A DNA stretch of 64,000 nucleotides from an uncultured Acidobacteriota bacterium (GCA_963843575.1 CAWJKZ010000012.1:224001-288000); one strand, 5' to 3'. Positions 1 to 9,976 are shown, counted from the stretch's first letter. Program-made: numbers and translations. The notes: generated by a model not told the origin, from the letters alone.

Positions 1-305
1 GGGTCCCACAGGACGTTGACGCCGTAGGGAACGGCAATCTCCCGCCGCAGCTCGCCGATCACACGCGCCATCGTGACGTACGTGATCGGCTCCACGCGGG
101 TGAGATAGGGGAGGCTCGCCTCGTTCGAGAACATGACCGCGTCGACGCCCCCCTCCTGAAGAGCCTTGAGGTCGCGGCGCGCGCACTCGATCACCCGGTC
201 GAGGCCCTGGTCGGCGTCGTACCCGGGATCGCCGGGCAGGGCGAGCATGTGACACATGGCGATGACCGGCTTGGTCACGCCGAGAACCTCCTTCAGCCAG
301 CTCAT
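1..305 (-). CDS. BtpA/SgcQ family TIM-barrel protein (runs off the left edge)
   Basis: Manual translation from ATG at 305: MSWLKEVLGVTKPVIAMCHMLALPGDPGYD...LQEGGVDAVMFSNEASLPY...YGVNVLWD, the BtpA/SgcQ N-terminal signature; ATGA overlap with the upstream permease stop. Confidence 0.85.
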   Translation of the reverse strand, partial: MSWLKEVLGVTKPVIAMCHMLALPGDPGYDADQGLDRVIECARRDLKALQEGGVDAVMFSNEASLPYLTRVEPITYVTMARVIGELRREIAVPYGVNVLWD

Positions 306-1300
306 TTCTCTGCGCTCCTCGAGTTTCCGCTTGAGATCGACTTGACCACCATAACAAAGAGGACCAGGAACCCCCACGCAAAATCGCGGAAAAAGTTGCT
401 GCCGCTGAACCGGAGCAGCAGCATGTTGAAACCCGTCGACAGCATCTGCAGCGTCGCCAGCGCCACCACCACCCCGGTGAGCCGCCCCGCGCCCCCCGAC
501 ACGGAAACCCCTCCGAGCACGGCGGTCAGGATAGTCATCAGGAGGTACGACGTCCCGTATTCGGGGTTGGCCGAGTTGGTCCGCGAGAGCGTGACGATCC
601 CGGCAACGGACGAGAGCAGGCCGGCGATGACGTGGGTCCTGAGCACGAGCGCCGGGTTGTCCATCCCCGAAAAGCGCGCTGCGGTCGGGTTCGACCCCAA
701 CATGTACAGCTTGAATCCCAGGCTGGTGCGGTTGAGTACCAACGACACGATCGCCGCCACCGCCGCGAACAGGATCAGGGGCACGGGCACGCCCAGCACC
801 TTCCCGGTCCCGAGGAAAAGCACCTGGCCCGGGAACCCGTGAACCGCGCGCCCCTGCGTGATTCCGAAACCCAGCCCGGTGTACAGCGTCATGGTGCCGA
901 GCGTGGCGAGAATCGCGGGGACGCCTGCACGACCGATGAGCAGGCCGTTGACGAGGCCGCATCCGAAACCCACGGCCGCGGCCGCCAGGAACGCCAGGGC
1001 CGTCACCGCGAGGACGCGCGTAGCGGGGGCTCCCGGCGGGAGCAGCTGCACGAGAACCAGCCCGGCCGCGATGGCCGACAGGTTCGCCGTGGCGACGACC
1101 GAGAGGTCGATCCCGCCGATGAGCATCGCCAGCATCATCCCGATCGTCAGAATGCCGAGTTCCGACATCTGAAATCCCATCGATTCGAAGTTGGCCGCGG
1201 TAAAGAAACGGTCGGGCAGCGCGAAGCTCAACCCGGCGCACACGACGAGCGAAACCGCCAGGAGCGACCTTGTGTGCACGTCCGCGATCGGGTGGCTCAT
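302..1300 (-). CDS. Sugar ABC transporter permease (RbsC/LsrD-like)
   Basis: C-terminal 332 aa of ORF 302..2068 (MSHPIADV...), GGIDLSV motif, hydrophobic helices, ATGA coupling to the previous gene. Confidence 0.88.
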   Translation of the reverse strand: MSHPIADVHTRSLLAVSLVVCAGLSFALPDRFFTAANFESMGFQMSELGILTIGMMLAMLIGGIDLSVVATANLSAIAAGLVLVQLLPPGAPATRVLAVTALAFLAAAAVGFGCGLVNGLLIGRAGVPAILATLGTMTLYTGLGFGITQGRAVHGFPGQVLFLGTGKVLGVPVPLILFAAVAAIVSLVLNRTSLGFKLYMLGSNPTAARFSGMDNPALVLRTHVIAGLLSSVAGIVTLSRTNSANPEYGTSYLLMTILTAVLGGVSVSGGAGRLTGVVVALATLQMLSTGFNMLLLRFSGSNFFRDFAWGFLVLFVMVVKSISSGNSRSAEK

Positions 1301-2340
1301 GTCGATTGTGGGCGGGGACGGCCCGTCCCCGCCCCCTCCCCCCGGGGCCGCGTCGGGCCGCCGCGGCCCACCTGGCGCCGGCGCAGGGCCGGCGCCGTCG
1401 TGCCGACGATCAGGGCCAGGCCGATCGCGACCTTCTGCCATTCGGCGGGGATCCCGACCAAGATCAGGCCGCTTTTCATGACGGTGATCAGAAACAGGCC
1501 GAGCAACGTGCCGGCAACCGTGCCGCGCCCCCCGGCGATGGCCGCGCCCCCGAGCACCACCGCGGCGATGACGTCCAGTTCCGTGCCCATGAGGGCCGCG
1601 GGATTGGCGTTGCGGTACAGGGCGGCCTGGGTCACGCCCGCAATCGAAGCGAGGGCGCCGGCAAGGCCGTAGATCAGGTATTCGATGCGCCGCACGTCGA
1701 AGCCGCAGCGCTCGGCGGCTTCGCGGTTGCCCCCCATCGCGTAGACCCCGCGGCCCGCCATCGTGTGACCGAGCAGGACCCACACGGCCAGCGCCGCTGC
1801 CGCGAGTAGGAACGCCGAAGGGTGCAGGCTCGACGTGCCGGCGTTGGGGTCTGCCGCCGTCCACAGGCTCGCCGTCCCGAAACGAGCCAGGCCAGGCGGC
1901 AGTTCGTAGAGGGTCAGGTTCCCGACAAAGAAAAGCACGAAACCGTAGCACATGCTCGCCGTGCCCAGCGTGACGATCAGGGTCGGCAGCCTGAACCGGG
2001 AAATCAGGAAGGCGTTGAGCTCCCCCAGCGCGACACCGATCGGCAGCGCCAGCCCGTACGCGAGCCACGCCGGCCCCTCGAATTGGGCGGCCAGCAGGAT
2101 TTTCAGCGCCACATACGACGACGCGGCTGCAATCGCCGGGAAAGAAACGTCGACGCCCCCGGAGATCAACACCACGAGGACGCCGAGGGCGAGGATGCCG
2201 TAGATCGTGGCGTTGCGGAGCAGGTCGAAGAGATTGGCCACCGACAGGAACGCCGGGTTGACGGCGGCGATCGTCAGCGAAAGGACGACCGCTGTCGCTG
2301 CGACGACAGACTCGTGGGTTCGGAAAATCCGCCAGAACAT
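1297..2340 (-). CDS. Sugar ABC transporter permease
   Basis: ISGGVDVSF, GGNREAA and ELDVIAAVVLGG motifs of CUT2 permeases. Confidence 0.9.
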   Translation of the reverse strand: MFWRIFRTHESVVAATAVVLSLTIAAVNPAFLSVANLFDLLRNATIYGILALGVLVVLISGGVDVSFPAIAAASSYVALKILLAAQFEGPAWLAYGLALPIGVALGELNAFLISRFRLPTLIVTLGTASMCYGFVLFFVGNLTLYELPPGLARFGTASLWTAADPNAGTSSLHPSAFLLAAAALAVWVLLGHTMAGRGVYAMGGNREAAERCGFDVRRIEYLIYGLAGALASIAGVTQAALYRNANPAALMGTELDVIAAVVLGGAAIAGGRGTVAGTLLGLFLITVMKSGLILVGIPAEWQKVAIGLALIVGTTAPALRRRQVGRGGPTRPRGEGAGTGRPRPQST

Positions 2341-2358
2341 CCGACAGACCTCGGACGA

Positions 2359-3885
2359 CTATGCCGACATGAGCATGTCAGTCAACGTGTTTTCCCACAG
2401 GTTCCGGCGCTCCAGCTCGGCCGCGACGCGTCCCTGTTTCATCAGAAGAACCCGGTCGCACAGGTGCGCGAGCTCCGGGATGTCGTCCGAGATCACCAGC
2501 AGGCCCATGCCGCGCCCCGCCAGGGTGCGGATGATCCGGTGGATCTCGGCTTTAGACCCGACGTCGACCCCCACCGTCGGCCCGTTGAGGATCAGGATCC
2601 CAGGTTCCGTCGCCAGCCACTTGGCCAGCACGAGACGCTGCTGGTTCCCCCCCGAGAGGCTGGCCGCCGGCAGGTCGACCGAGGGCGGCCGGATGTCCAG
2701 GCGCCCCACCCACTCCGCCGCTCGGGCCCGCAGCGCGTCTCGGTCCAGGAGGAGCGAACGGCCCCGCAGCCGATCGATGATCGCCGCGACCGCGTTGCTC
2801 CCGACCGATTGATCCAGGAAGAGTCCCTCGGTGAGCCGGTCCTCCGGCACGTAGCCGATGCCGTTTGCGCGCGCCTCGCGGATGCTCTTCAGCCCCACCC
2901 GTCTTCCCCCGACCGCGACCGAACCGGAATCGGCCGGCAGAACGCCGAAAAGCGAGAGCGCGAGCTCCGTTCGACCGGAGCCGAGCTGACCGGTGATCCC
3001 CAGGATTTCGCCCGCCCGCAGTTCGAAGGAAACGCCCGAGAAGCAGCCGGACTTCGCCAGCCCCGCCACCTTCAACAGCAACGGGGCGCTTGCGGCCGCG
3101 GCCGGGGATGAGGCCATCTCCGGTGCGGGATCACGGCCTGTGATGGCGCGGACGACAGCCGCCGGGTCCAGCCCTGCGGCTTCGGCGTCGACCACCTTCT
3201 CGCCGTTGCGCAGGATAAAGACGCGCTCGGCGATCTCGACCATCTCGTCCAGTTTGTGGCCGACGAAGAGCACCGCGATCCCCTCCGCCTTCAGGTTGCG
3301 GATGACTTCGAAAAGCGAGGAGACCTCCTTGCGGGTCAGAGCGGTCGTGGGCTCGTCCATAATGACGAGACGGGCGTCGTGCAGCAGGGCGCGCGCGATT
3401 GCGATGATCTGCCTGTCGGCGACGGGGAGATCGCCGGCCCGTGCGCCGGGATCGAGCTCGACCCCGATCCTCCCGAGGGCGCGCGCGGCGATCGCTTCCA
3501 CCTCGCGCCAGCGCACCCAGCGGCGCCGGTGCGCGATCTCGTAGTTGAGTGCGATGTTTTCCGCCACGCTCAAGTTGGGAAACAGCGACAGGTCCTGATA
3601 GATGACCTGAATCCCGCGGCGGATCGCCTCGATCGGGTGGAGCCGCGCGCACACGCTGCCGTCGATCGCTATCTCTCCGGAATCGGGGGCGTGGATTCCG
3701 GCGACGACCTTTATGAGGGTCGATTTGCCCGAACCGTTTTCCCCGGCAAGCCAGCAGGTTCGGCCCGGCGTGATGCCCAGGCTGACGTCCTTGAGCGCCT
3801 GGACGCCGCCGAAGCTCTTGCTGACGTGGCTGAGTGTCAGGAATTCGCGCACGGGTTTCACCGGGCGGTGGGCGTTGCCCACCAC
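2359..3885 (-). CDS. Sugar ABC transporter ATP-binding protein (two ABC domains)
   Basis: Walker A GENGSGKST, MDEPT, LSGGNQQ; exact start uncertain. Confidence 0.9.
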   Translation of the reverse strand: MVGNAHRPVKPVREFLTLSHVSKSFGGVQALKDVSLGITPGRTCWLAGENGSGKSTLIKVVAGIHAPDSGEIAIDGSVCARLHPIEAIRRGIQVIYQDLSLFPNLSVAENIALNYEIAHRRRWVRWREVEAIAARALGRIGVELDPGARAGDLPVADRQIIAIARALLHDARLVIMDEPTTALTRKEVSSLFEVIRNLKAEGIAVLFVGHKLDEMVEIAERVFILRNGEKVVDAEAAGLDPAAVVRAITGRDPAPEMASSPAAAASAPLLLKVAGLAKSGCFSGVSFELRAGEILGITGQLGSGRTELALSLFGVLPADSGSVAVGGRRVGLKSIREARANGIGYVPEDRLTEGLFLDQSVGSNAVAAIIDRLRGRSLLLDRDALRARAAEWVGRLDIRPPSVDLPAASLSGGNQQRLVLAKWLATEPGILILNGPTVGVDVGSKAEIHRIIRTLAGRGMGLLVISDDIPELAHLCDRVLLMKQGRVAAELERRNLWENTLTDMLMSA

Positions 3886-3895
3886 ACCCTTCAGG

Positions 3896-4888
3896 TCAGA
3901 ACGGGTATTTGTCCATGTTGTCGCGGGTGATGTCGATCCATGCGTTGCCGTAGATCACCCTGCCGGCCACCCTGACCCGGTTGTAGCCCTGGACCCCCAA
4001 GTCCATGCCGTCCTCGACCTTCTTCCCTTCGAGGACCATTCGGGCAACCTTGTTCATCACGTAGCCCGCCTCGGCCGGATCCCAGCAGTTGATGACGGTT
4101 ATCGCCCCGGCCTTGAGCAGCGCGCCCGCGTACGACGGGAGGCTCGTGCCGACGACGGCGATCTTCCCGGCCAGCCCGGCTTCCTGAATCGCCTGGGCCG
4201 CGCCAACCACGTCGGTCGCCGCCGAGCCTTGCACCCCCTTTATCCCGGGGTACGTCCGGAGCAGATCCTTCGTGATCTGGTAGGCTTTCTGAGGATCGTC
4301 GCTCGTTTCGTTCTTGCCGCCCACCAGCCTCATGTTCGGATAGCTTTCCCGCTGGTGGGCGACCGCCGCATCCACCCACTCGTTGTGGGATTTTGAGGTG
4401 AGGCTGCCGACCAGCACGACGTAGCTCCCCTCCCGGCCCGCCGCCTCCGCCATCTCGTCCATCATGTGGCGCCCGTAGGCCGCGTTGTCGAACGGCTCGA
4501 TGTCATAGACCGCGCTCTCCCCGCGGATGTTGGACGCCTCGTGGGTCACGACCACGATGTTCTGATCCCGCGCCTTTTTCAGGACCGGCTCGACTGCCTC
4601 GACCGCGAAAGGGACCACGAGCAGCGCTTGCGGGCGCTGGGCGATTGCGTCCTCGATGACCTGAACCTGCAGGGCGGCATCGGCCCGGGAAGGGCCTTGC
4701 TGGACGGCCTGGATGCCCGCGTCCGCCGCGTACCGGTGGACCCCAGTCTCCATGCGCCTGAACCAGTTGAAGCCCGTCGACTTAACGACCGTTATGAACC
4801 GCACGTCGGCCGGCCCGCCGCCCGGGCCGCCGCCGCAGCCCGGAAGGAACAGCAGAGCGCAGCCCACGGCCGCCGCATACACGCGCAT
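3896..4888 (-). CDS. Sugar/autoinducer-2-type ABC substrate-binding lipoprotein (LsrB/RhaS-like)
   Basis: MRVYAAAVGCALLFLPGC lipobox-like start with AAGGAGG RBS; Peripla_BP_4-type sequence (WFRRMETGV, CWDPAEAGY). Confidence 0.85.
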   Translation of the reverse strand: MRVYAAAVGCALLFLPGCGGGPGGGPADVRFITVVKSTGFNWFRRMETGVHRYAADAGIQAVQQGPSRADAALQVQVIEDAIAQRPQALLVVPFAVEAVEPVLKKARDQNIVVVTHEASNIRGESAVYDIEPFDNAAYGRHMMDEMAEAAGREGSYVVLVGSLTSKSHNEWVDAAVAHQRESYPNMRLVGGKNETSDDPQKAYQITKDLLRTYPGIKGVQGSAATDVVGAAQAIQEAGLAGKIAVVGTSLPSYAGALLKAGAITVINCWDPAEAGYVMNKVARMVLEGKKVEDGMDLGVQGYNRVRVAGRVIYGNAWIDITRDNMDKYPF

Positions 4889-4899
4889 AAAACCTCCTT

Positions 4900-5140
4900 G
4901 GGGACGGACCCGGACAAGCATACTATATGCAACAGGATATCGTGAAAAATCCGTCTAAAATGGTTCTTATCTGCGATTTTGGGGGCCATTTCCTCAAATT
5001 AGCCGACTGCTAAGCCAAGCTGTGTCCCGCAATTGCCCTAATCGCGAAAAAAGGCCCCGATTTTTTGAAATAAGGCCGTTCTTGATGTCATAAATATCTC
5101 TAAGTATATGATATAGCGCTATTTGCTCTGGTCCGTCCCC
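4900..5140. mobile_element. Palindromic MITE-like element, family A (GGGGACGGACC...GGTCCGTCCCC), full copy 1
   Basis: 11-bp perfect terminal inverted repeats at 4900-4910 and 5130-5140; AT-rich interior with imperfectly inverted arms; similar to 14305..14549. Confidence 0.75.
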
Positions 5141-5159
5141 GGTTTTGGTGCTTTTGCAC

Positions 5160-5165
5160 TATAAT
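5160..5165 (+). promoter_or_regulatory. Candidate sigma70 -10 box for the apiose operon
   Basis: Perfect TATAAT 9 nt before the ATG at 5175. Confidence 0.45.
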
Positions 5166-5174
5166 CGGTGGGAT

Positions 5175-7013
5175 ATGGTGAGTTTGCGGGCGGGAGCGTT
5201 GCGCGTCGTTTTCGACCACGGAGCCCTCCTCTACGCCAGGGTCGGCCGGGTGGAGGTGTTGCGACGGGTCTATTTCGCGGTGAGGGATCCCCTCTGGCGC
5301 ACGCCACAACCCGAGATCCACGGTCTCGAAGTCGAACGTGGTCCGGACTCGTTCCGCATCGCATTCAGCGCCGAGGTCATGCACGGCGATATCGACTTCC
5401 GCTGGCACGCGATCCTCGAAGGAACTCCCGGAGGGATCATCCGCTACGGCGTCGCCGGGGAGGCGCACAGCCGATTCCTGGCAAACCGGATCGGGCTGTG
5501 CGTGCTGCACCCCATCCGCGAGTGCGCCGGCCGGCCCTGCTCGATCGAGCACGTCGACGGATCCAGGGAAGAGTCGGTGTTCCCTCTGCTGGTCGCGCCC
5601 CACCAGCCGTTCAAGGCCGTACGGGCGATGACACACCAGCTGCTGCCCGGTTTGCGCGCCGAGGTGCGTTGCGAAGGGGACGTGTTCGAGACCGAGGACC
5701 AGCGCAACTGGACCGACGGCTCCTACAAGACCTACTGCCCTCCGCTCGAGCCCCCACTCCCGCGCGAGACCACGCCGGGAACGAAGATCGAGCAGTCGGT
5801 CACGCTGGCGTTGCTCGGCGCGCCGCCGCCGGCCGAAGAGGATGAAGGCGGCATCACGATCTCGCTGGCCGACGCCTGTTCCGGGTCCCTGCCTCGGGTG
5901 GGGCTGGCCGTCGCCAGCCACCGGAAGCCGCTGAGCCCCGAGCAGGTGGCGCACCTCGCCCGGCTGCACCTGTCTCATCTCCGGGTCGACCTGGCCTGCG
6001 CGCAACCCGGGTGGGAGGCGGCCCTCCGTCAGGCCGCCGAACAGGCGAGGGCACTCGGGTCGGAGCTCGAGATCGCGCTGCACCTGTCCGCGGACGCGGT
6101 CGCCGAATTGTCGGCGTTCGCAGCGGTCCTGCCCGCGATCGATCTTCCGGCAGTCCGCTGGCTCGTTTTTCGTCGTGCGGAGAAATCCACGTCCGCGCGA
6201 TGGCTCCCGCTCGCGCGTGAGCATCTGACCGCATTCTATCCATCAGCCTTGTTCGGCGCCGGGACAAACCAGTACTTCGCAGAGGTAAACCGGAAGCGTC
6301 CGCCGCGGACCGCCGATTTCGTCGCCTATTCCGTGAACCCGCAGGTGCACGCCGAGGACGACGCGGCCCTGGTGGAGGCACTCGAAGGCCAGGGTTGGAC
6401 CGTCTCGACCGCGCGTGAATTCACCGGCGGCCTTCCGGTGGCCGTCACACCGGTGACCCTCCGGCCGCGCTTCAATCCCGACGCGCCCGAAACCGCGCCG
6501 TCGAGCATCGACCCTCGCCAGACGACGCTGTTCGGCGCGGCATGGACGACTGGAGCCCTCAAGCACCTCGGTGAGGCGGGGGCCTGGAGCGTGACCTTCT
6601 ATGAAACCACCGGGCCACTCGGAGTCATGGCAGCCGGACAGGAAGCGCCCGCGCCGGTTTTCCCCTGCTATTACGTGTTGGCCTGGCTCGCGGAATATTC
6701 CGGGAGCGCAGTCCTGGCCGCACGTTCGAGTGCCCCTCTCGAAGTCGACGCCCTCGCCGCCCGGAAGGACGGCCGCACCCGCGTGATCGCCGCCAACTTC
6801 ACGGCGGAGCCCCGGAACGTGCGCCTGGAGGGCTTTCCCCGCGTCGCCCGCCTGCTCCGCCTCAACGAGCGCAGCCTCTCCGAGGCGGGCACGGATTCCC
6901 TGGCGTTGTGCACCCGCCCGGGAGAACGCACCGAGTGGGCCGGTCGAAAGGCGACGGTTTCGCTTCAGCCCTTCGAACTGCTGCGTGTCGACTTCGAGGA
7001 AGGGGGGATATGA
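5175..7013 (+). CDS. apnL: Probable D-apionate lactonase
   Basis: LRAGALRVVF...EVLRRVYFAVRD and FETEDQRNWTDGSYKTY motifs recognised as ApnL-type; sits with apsD and apnO homologues. Confidence 0.75.
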   Translation: MVSLRAGALRVVFDHGALLYARVGRVEVLRRVYFAVRDPLWRTPQPEIHGLEVERGPDSFRIAFSAEVMHGDIDFRWHAILEGTPGGIIRYGVAGEAHSRFLANRIGLCVLHPIRECAGRPCSIEHVDGSREESVFPLLVAPHQPFKAVRAMTHQLLPGLRAEVRCEGDVFETEDQRNWTDGSYKTYCPPLEPPLPRETTPGTKIEQSVTLALLGAPPPAEEDEGGITISLADACSGSLPRVGLAVASHRKPLSPEQVAHLARLHLSHLRVDLACAQPGWEAALRQAAEQARALGSELEIALHLSADAVAELSAFAAVLPAIDLPAVRWLVFRRAEKSTSARWLPLAREHLTAFYPSALFGAGTNQYFAEVNRKRPPRTADFVAYSVNPQVHAEDDAALVEALEGQGWTVSTAREFTGGLPVAVTPVTLRPRFNPDAPETAPSSIDPRQTTLFGAAWTTGALKHLGEAGAWSVTFYETTGPLGVMAAGQEAPAPVFPCYYVLAWLAEYSGSAVLAARSSAPLEVDALAARKDGRTRVIAANFTAEPRNVRLEGFPRVARLLRLNERSLSEAGTDSLALCTRPGERTEWAGRKATVSLQPFELLRVDFEEGGI

Positions 7014-8068
7014 ACAGCCTGCGCTTTGCGATCGCCGGGACGGGCTTCTGGGCCCGCTACCAGCTCGCGGCCTGGCGCGAGGTCCCGGGGGCGGAATGCG
7101 TCGCCCTCTACAACCGGACCCGGCGCAAGGCCGAGGCCCTCGGGAGCGCATTCGGCGTCGCCGCCCTATACGATGACGCGGAAGAGATGCTCCGGCGCGA
7201 ACGCCCGGACTTCCTCGACGTCGTCACCGACGTCTCCACCCACCGCTTCTTCGTGGAACTCGCGGCCTCGCACGGGCTGCCCGTCATCTGCCAGAAGCCC
7301 ATGGCCCCTGCCCTCGCCGACGCGGAGGCCATGCTGCGGGCCTGCCGCAACGCAGCCGTCCCGCTGCTCATTCACGAGAACTGGCGCTGGCAGACACCGA
7401 TCCGCCAGGTCAAGGACGAGCTCGCCTCGGGGCGCATCGGGACCCCGTTCCGCGCCCGCATCGACTTCTGCACCAGCTTCCCCGTCTTCGACAACCAGCC
7501 CTTTCTGAAGGAGGCCGACCGGTTCATACTGGCCGACATCGGCAGCCACATCCTGGATGTCGCCCGCTTCCTTTTCGGCGAGGCCTCGAGCCTGTACTGC
7601 CGCGCCCGCCGGATCCGCGGCGATATCCGCGGCGAAGACGTCGCGACCGTGATGATGACCATGGGCGGCGGCACGACCGTCGTGTGCAACATGAGCTACG
7701 CCAGCCGCACGGAGCACGAGCGCTTCCCGGAAACCTTCCTGTTCGTCGAGGGGACGGAGGGTGCGCTGGAACTTGCGCCCGACTACTGGATACGCACCAC
7801 CACCTCCGAGGGGACGCGCGCGAGGCGGTGCCCGCCGCCCCGGTACACCTGGGCCGACCCGGCCTACGACCTCGTCCACGCCAGCATCGTGCCGTGCCAC
7901 GCGAACCTGCTCCGGGCGCTGCAGGGCGCAGGCTGCGCGGAAACAACCGGGGAGGATAACCTCAAAACCGCGCGGCTCGTCTTCGGCGCCTACGAATCGG
8001 CGGAGACAGGACGGGTCGTCCGTCCGGGGGGATCCGACAACCCCGACCTTCGGGAGAACACGCTATGA
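7010..8068 (+). CDS. apsD: Gfo/Idh/MocA oxidoreductase, probable D-apiose dehydrogenase
   Basis: Rossmann GTGFWA, CQKPMA, HENWRWQ; ATGA-coupled between apnL and apnO. Confidence 0.7.
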   Translation: MNSLRFAIAGTGFWARYQLAAWREVPGAECVALYNRTRRKAEALGSAFGVAALYDDAEEMLRRERPDFLDVVTDVSTHRFFVELAASHGLPVICQKPMAPALADAEAMLRACRNAAVPLLIHENWRWQTPIRQVKDELASGRIGTPFRARIDFCTSFPVFDNQPFLKEADRFILADIGSHILDVARFLFGEASSLYCRARRIRGDIRGEDVATVMMTMGGGTTVVCNMSYASRTEHERFPETFLFVEGTEGALELAPDYWIRTTTSEGTRARRCPPPRYTWADPAYDLVHASIVPCHANLLRALQGAGCAETTGEDNLKTARLVFGAYESAETGRVVRPGGSDNPDLRENTL

Positions 8069-8895
8069 CTACGATCGCTTTGCTCGGTGCGGGAGGAAAG
8101 ATCGGCTGCCGCATCACCGACAAGATGAAGGATTCCGCTTACCGGATGCGTTACGTCGAGGTGAGCGAACCCGGGATAGCGCAGCTCCGTAAACGGGGGC
8201 TCACGGCAACGCCGCAGGACATGGCCCTGAGAGAGGCGGACGCCGTCATACTCGCCGTCCCCGACCGGTTGATCGGGACGATCTCGGCCGAGATCGTCCC
8301 CGCCCTCCACCCCGGCGCGATGGTGGTGTGTCTCGACCCCGCCGCGCCGTGCGCGGGGAAAGTGAAGGTGCGCGAGGACCTCTCCTACTTCGTCACGCAC
8401 CCGTGCCACCCGCCCGTTTTCAGCGACGAAACCGACCCGGAGGCGCAGCGCGATTTCTTCGGCGGGGTGAAGGCGAAACAGCACGTCGTCTGCGCCCTCA
8501 TCCAGGGAGTCGACGAGGACTACGCGCGCGGGGAGGCCATGGTGCGCGTCATGTTCGCCCCCGTGATGAAAGTGCACCGGATCACGGTCCAGCAGATGGC
8601 GATCCTGGAACCCGCCCTGTCGGAAACCACATCGCAGACCTGCCTCCAGGTGGTCCGCGAAGCGCTCGACGAGGCGATCCGGCTCGGGGTCCCGGCCGAG
8701 GCCGCCCGCGACTTCCTGCTCGGCCACATCAACATCCAGCTGGCGATCTTTTTCGGCGAGGTCGACGCGCAGTTCTCCGACGGGGCCAGGAAGGCCATGG
8801 ACCGGGCGCGCTCGCAGATCATCCAACCGGACTGGAAGCGGGTCTTCGAACCGGAAAACATTCGCGACTGCCTCGAAGCGATTACCGGGGGTTGA
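8065..8895 (+). CDS. apnO: Probable D-apionate oxidoisomerase
   Basis: IALLGAGGKIGCRI, FVTHPCHPPVF, MAILEPALSET motifs of the ApnO (PGDH C-terminal) family. Confidence 0.8.
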   Translation: MTTIALLGAGGKIGCRITDKMKDSAYRMRYVEVSEPGIAQLRKRGLTATPQDMALREADAVILAVPDRLIGTISAEIVPALHPGAMVVCLDPAAPCAGKVKVREDLSYFVTHPCHPPVFSDETDPEAQRDFFGGVKAKQHVVCALIQGVDEDYARGEAMVRVMFAPVMKVHRITVQQMAILEPALSETTSQTCLQVVREALDEAIRLGVPAEAARDFLLGHINIQLAIFFGEVDAQFSDGARKAMDRARSQIIQPDWKRVFEPENIRDCLEAITGG

Positions 8896-8954
8896 GCACG
8901 CGCCCGAAGCGGCCGGCCCGGTTTTTTTCCCATACAGGGTGAACGGGGAGACAG

Positions 8955-9935
8955 ATGCACCTGAATCGATGGTTGCCGATCACGCTCGCGCTGGCCGCCG
9001 CCTGCGGTCCCGGCGGGAATCCACCGGGGCAGCGCCGCACCATCGGCGTGGCCTTTGAGATCCTGCAGACCGAATACTGGGTCGCCAGCCTCGACGCCAT
9101 GAGAAGCGAACTGGACCGGCGGGGCATCGGCATACTCGAGGCAGTGGCCGACGGCGACGCCAACCGGCAGCTCGAGCAGGTGCAGAACTTCATCGCGCGC
9201 AGGGTGGACGGCATCATCGTGGTCCCGAAGGACGCCAAGACCGTCATCCCGATGATAAGGGCCGCCAACGGCGCCGGCATACCCATCGTGCTCTACAACC
9301 GCCCGGCCGACAAGACCGACGCCCGCAGCGCGGCCGTCATCGCCGACAACTACGCCATCGCCCGCGCCACGGTCGAATACATGGCGGAGCAGGCCAGGAA
9401 GTCCGGCCGAAAACACAAGGCGATGATCCTGATCGGCGACCTGGGCGACATCAACGCCATCGGGCGGCGCGACGGCTTCGATGACGCCATCAAAAGCCAC
9501 GCCGACGTGATCGACGTGGTCGCGCGCGTCCCCACGGAGTGGAACCAGGAAAAGGCGCTGGCCGGGGTCACTAACGCCTTGCAGGCAAACCCCGACATCA
9601 ACTTCATCTTCACCTCGTCCGATTTCCTCTTCCCGTCCATCGTCGCGGCGCTCAAGTCCGTGGGAAAATACAGGAAGACAGGCGAAGAGGGACACGTCCT
9701 GCTGGGGGGCTTCGACGGCGATCCGACGGCGTACCGGATGCTGCTCGAAGGTTACCTCGATGCCGACGGCGTCCAGGACGTCTACTTCGAGTCCGCGCAG
9801 GCGGTCCAGGCGGTGCTGGACATGAAGGCGGGGAAGGAGGTCCCGGCGACGATTCTCGACCAGGGTCTCGTGATCCACCAGGGGAACCTCAAAGAGGCGG
9901 CGGCCAGGATGTGGGGGGCCAGGGCGAGAAAGTAG
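8955..9935 (+). CDS. Sugar ABC substrate-binding lipoprotein
   Basis: Lipobox LAAAC; RbsB-like sequence. Confidence 0.88.
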   Translation: MHLNRWLPITLALAAACGPGGNPPGQRRTIGVAFEILQTEYWVASLDAMRSELDRRGIGILEAVADGDANRQLEQVQNFIARRVDGIIVVPKDAKTVIPMIRAANGAGIPIVLYNRPADKTDARSAAVIADNYAIARATVEYMAEQARKSGRKHKAMILIGDLGDINAIGRRDGFDDAIKSHADVIDVVARVPTEWNQEKALAGVTNALQANPDINFIFTSSDFLFPSIVAALKSVGKYRKTGEEGHVLLGGFDGDPTAYRMLLEGYLDADGVQDVYFESAQAVQAVLDMKAGKEVPATILDQGLVIHQGNLKEAAARMWGARARK

Positions 9936-9976
9936 AAGCGGCGGGAGCAGCCGTCCGTCGCAGAGGGCCGCCGGGA

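Noticed and set aside
302-2068. 588-aa permease, and similar apparent fusions (11096..13504, 12913..14319, 60945..62795)
   Set aside because: The N-terminal extensions overlap neighbouring genes or an IS; true starts are at 1300, 12521, 13501 and 61707
3896-4888. Calling the left operon an AI-2 (lsr) quorum-sensing system
   Set aside because: The binding protein is only LsrB-like, and no lsrK, lsrR, lsrF or lsrG is visible in the window
8898-8930. Terminator after apnO
   Set aside because: A T7 run is present but the preceding stem is short and imperfect, and it lies inside an apparent operon
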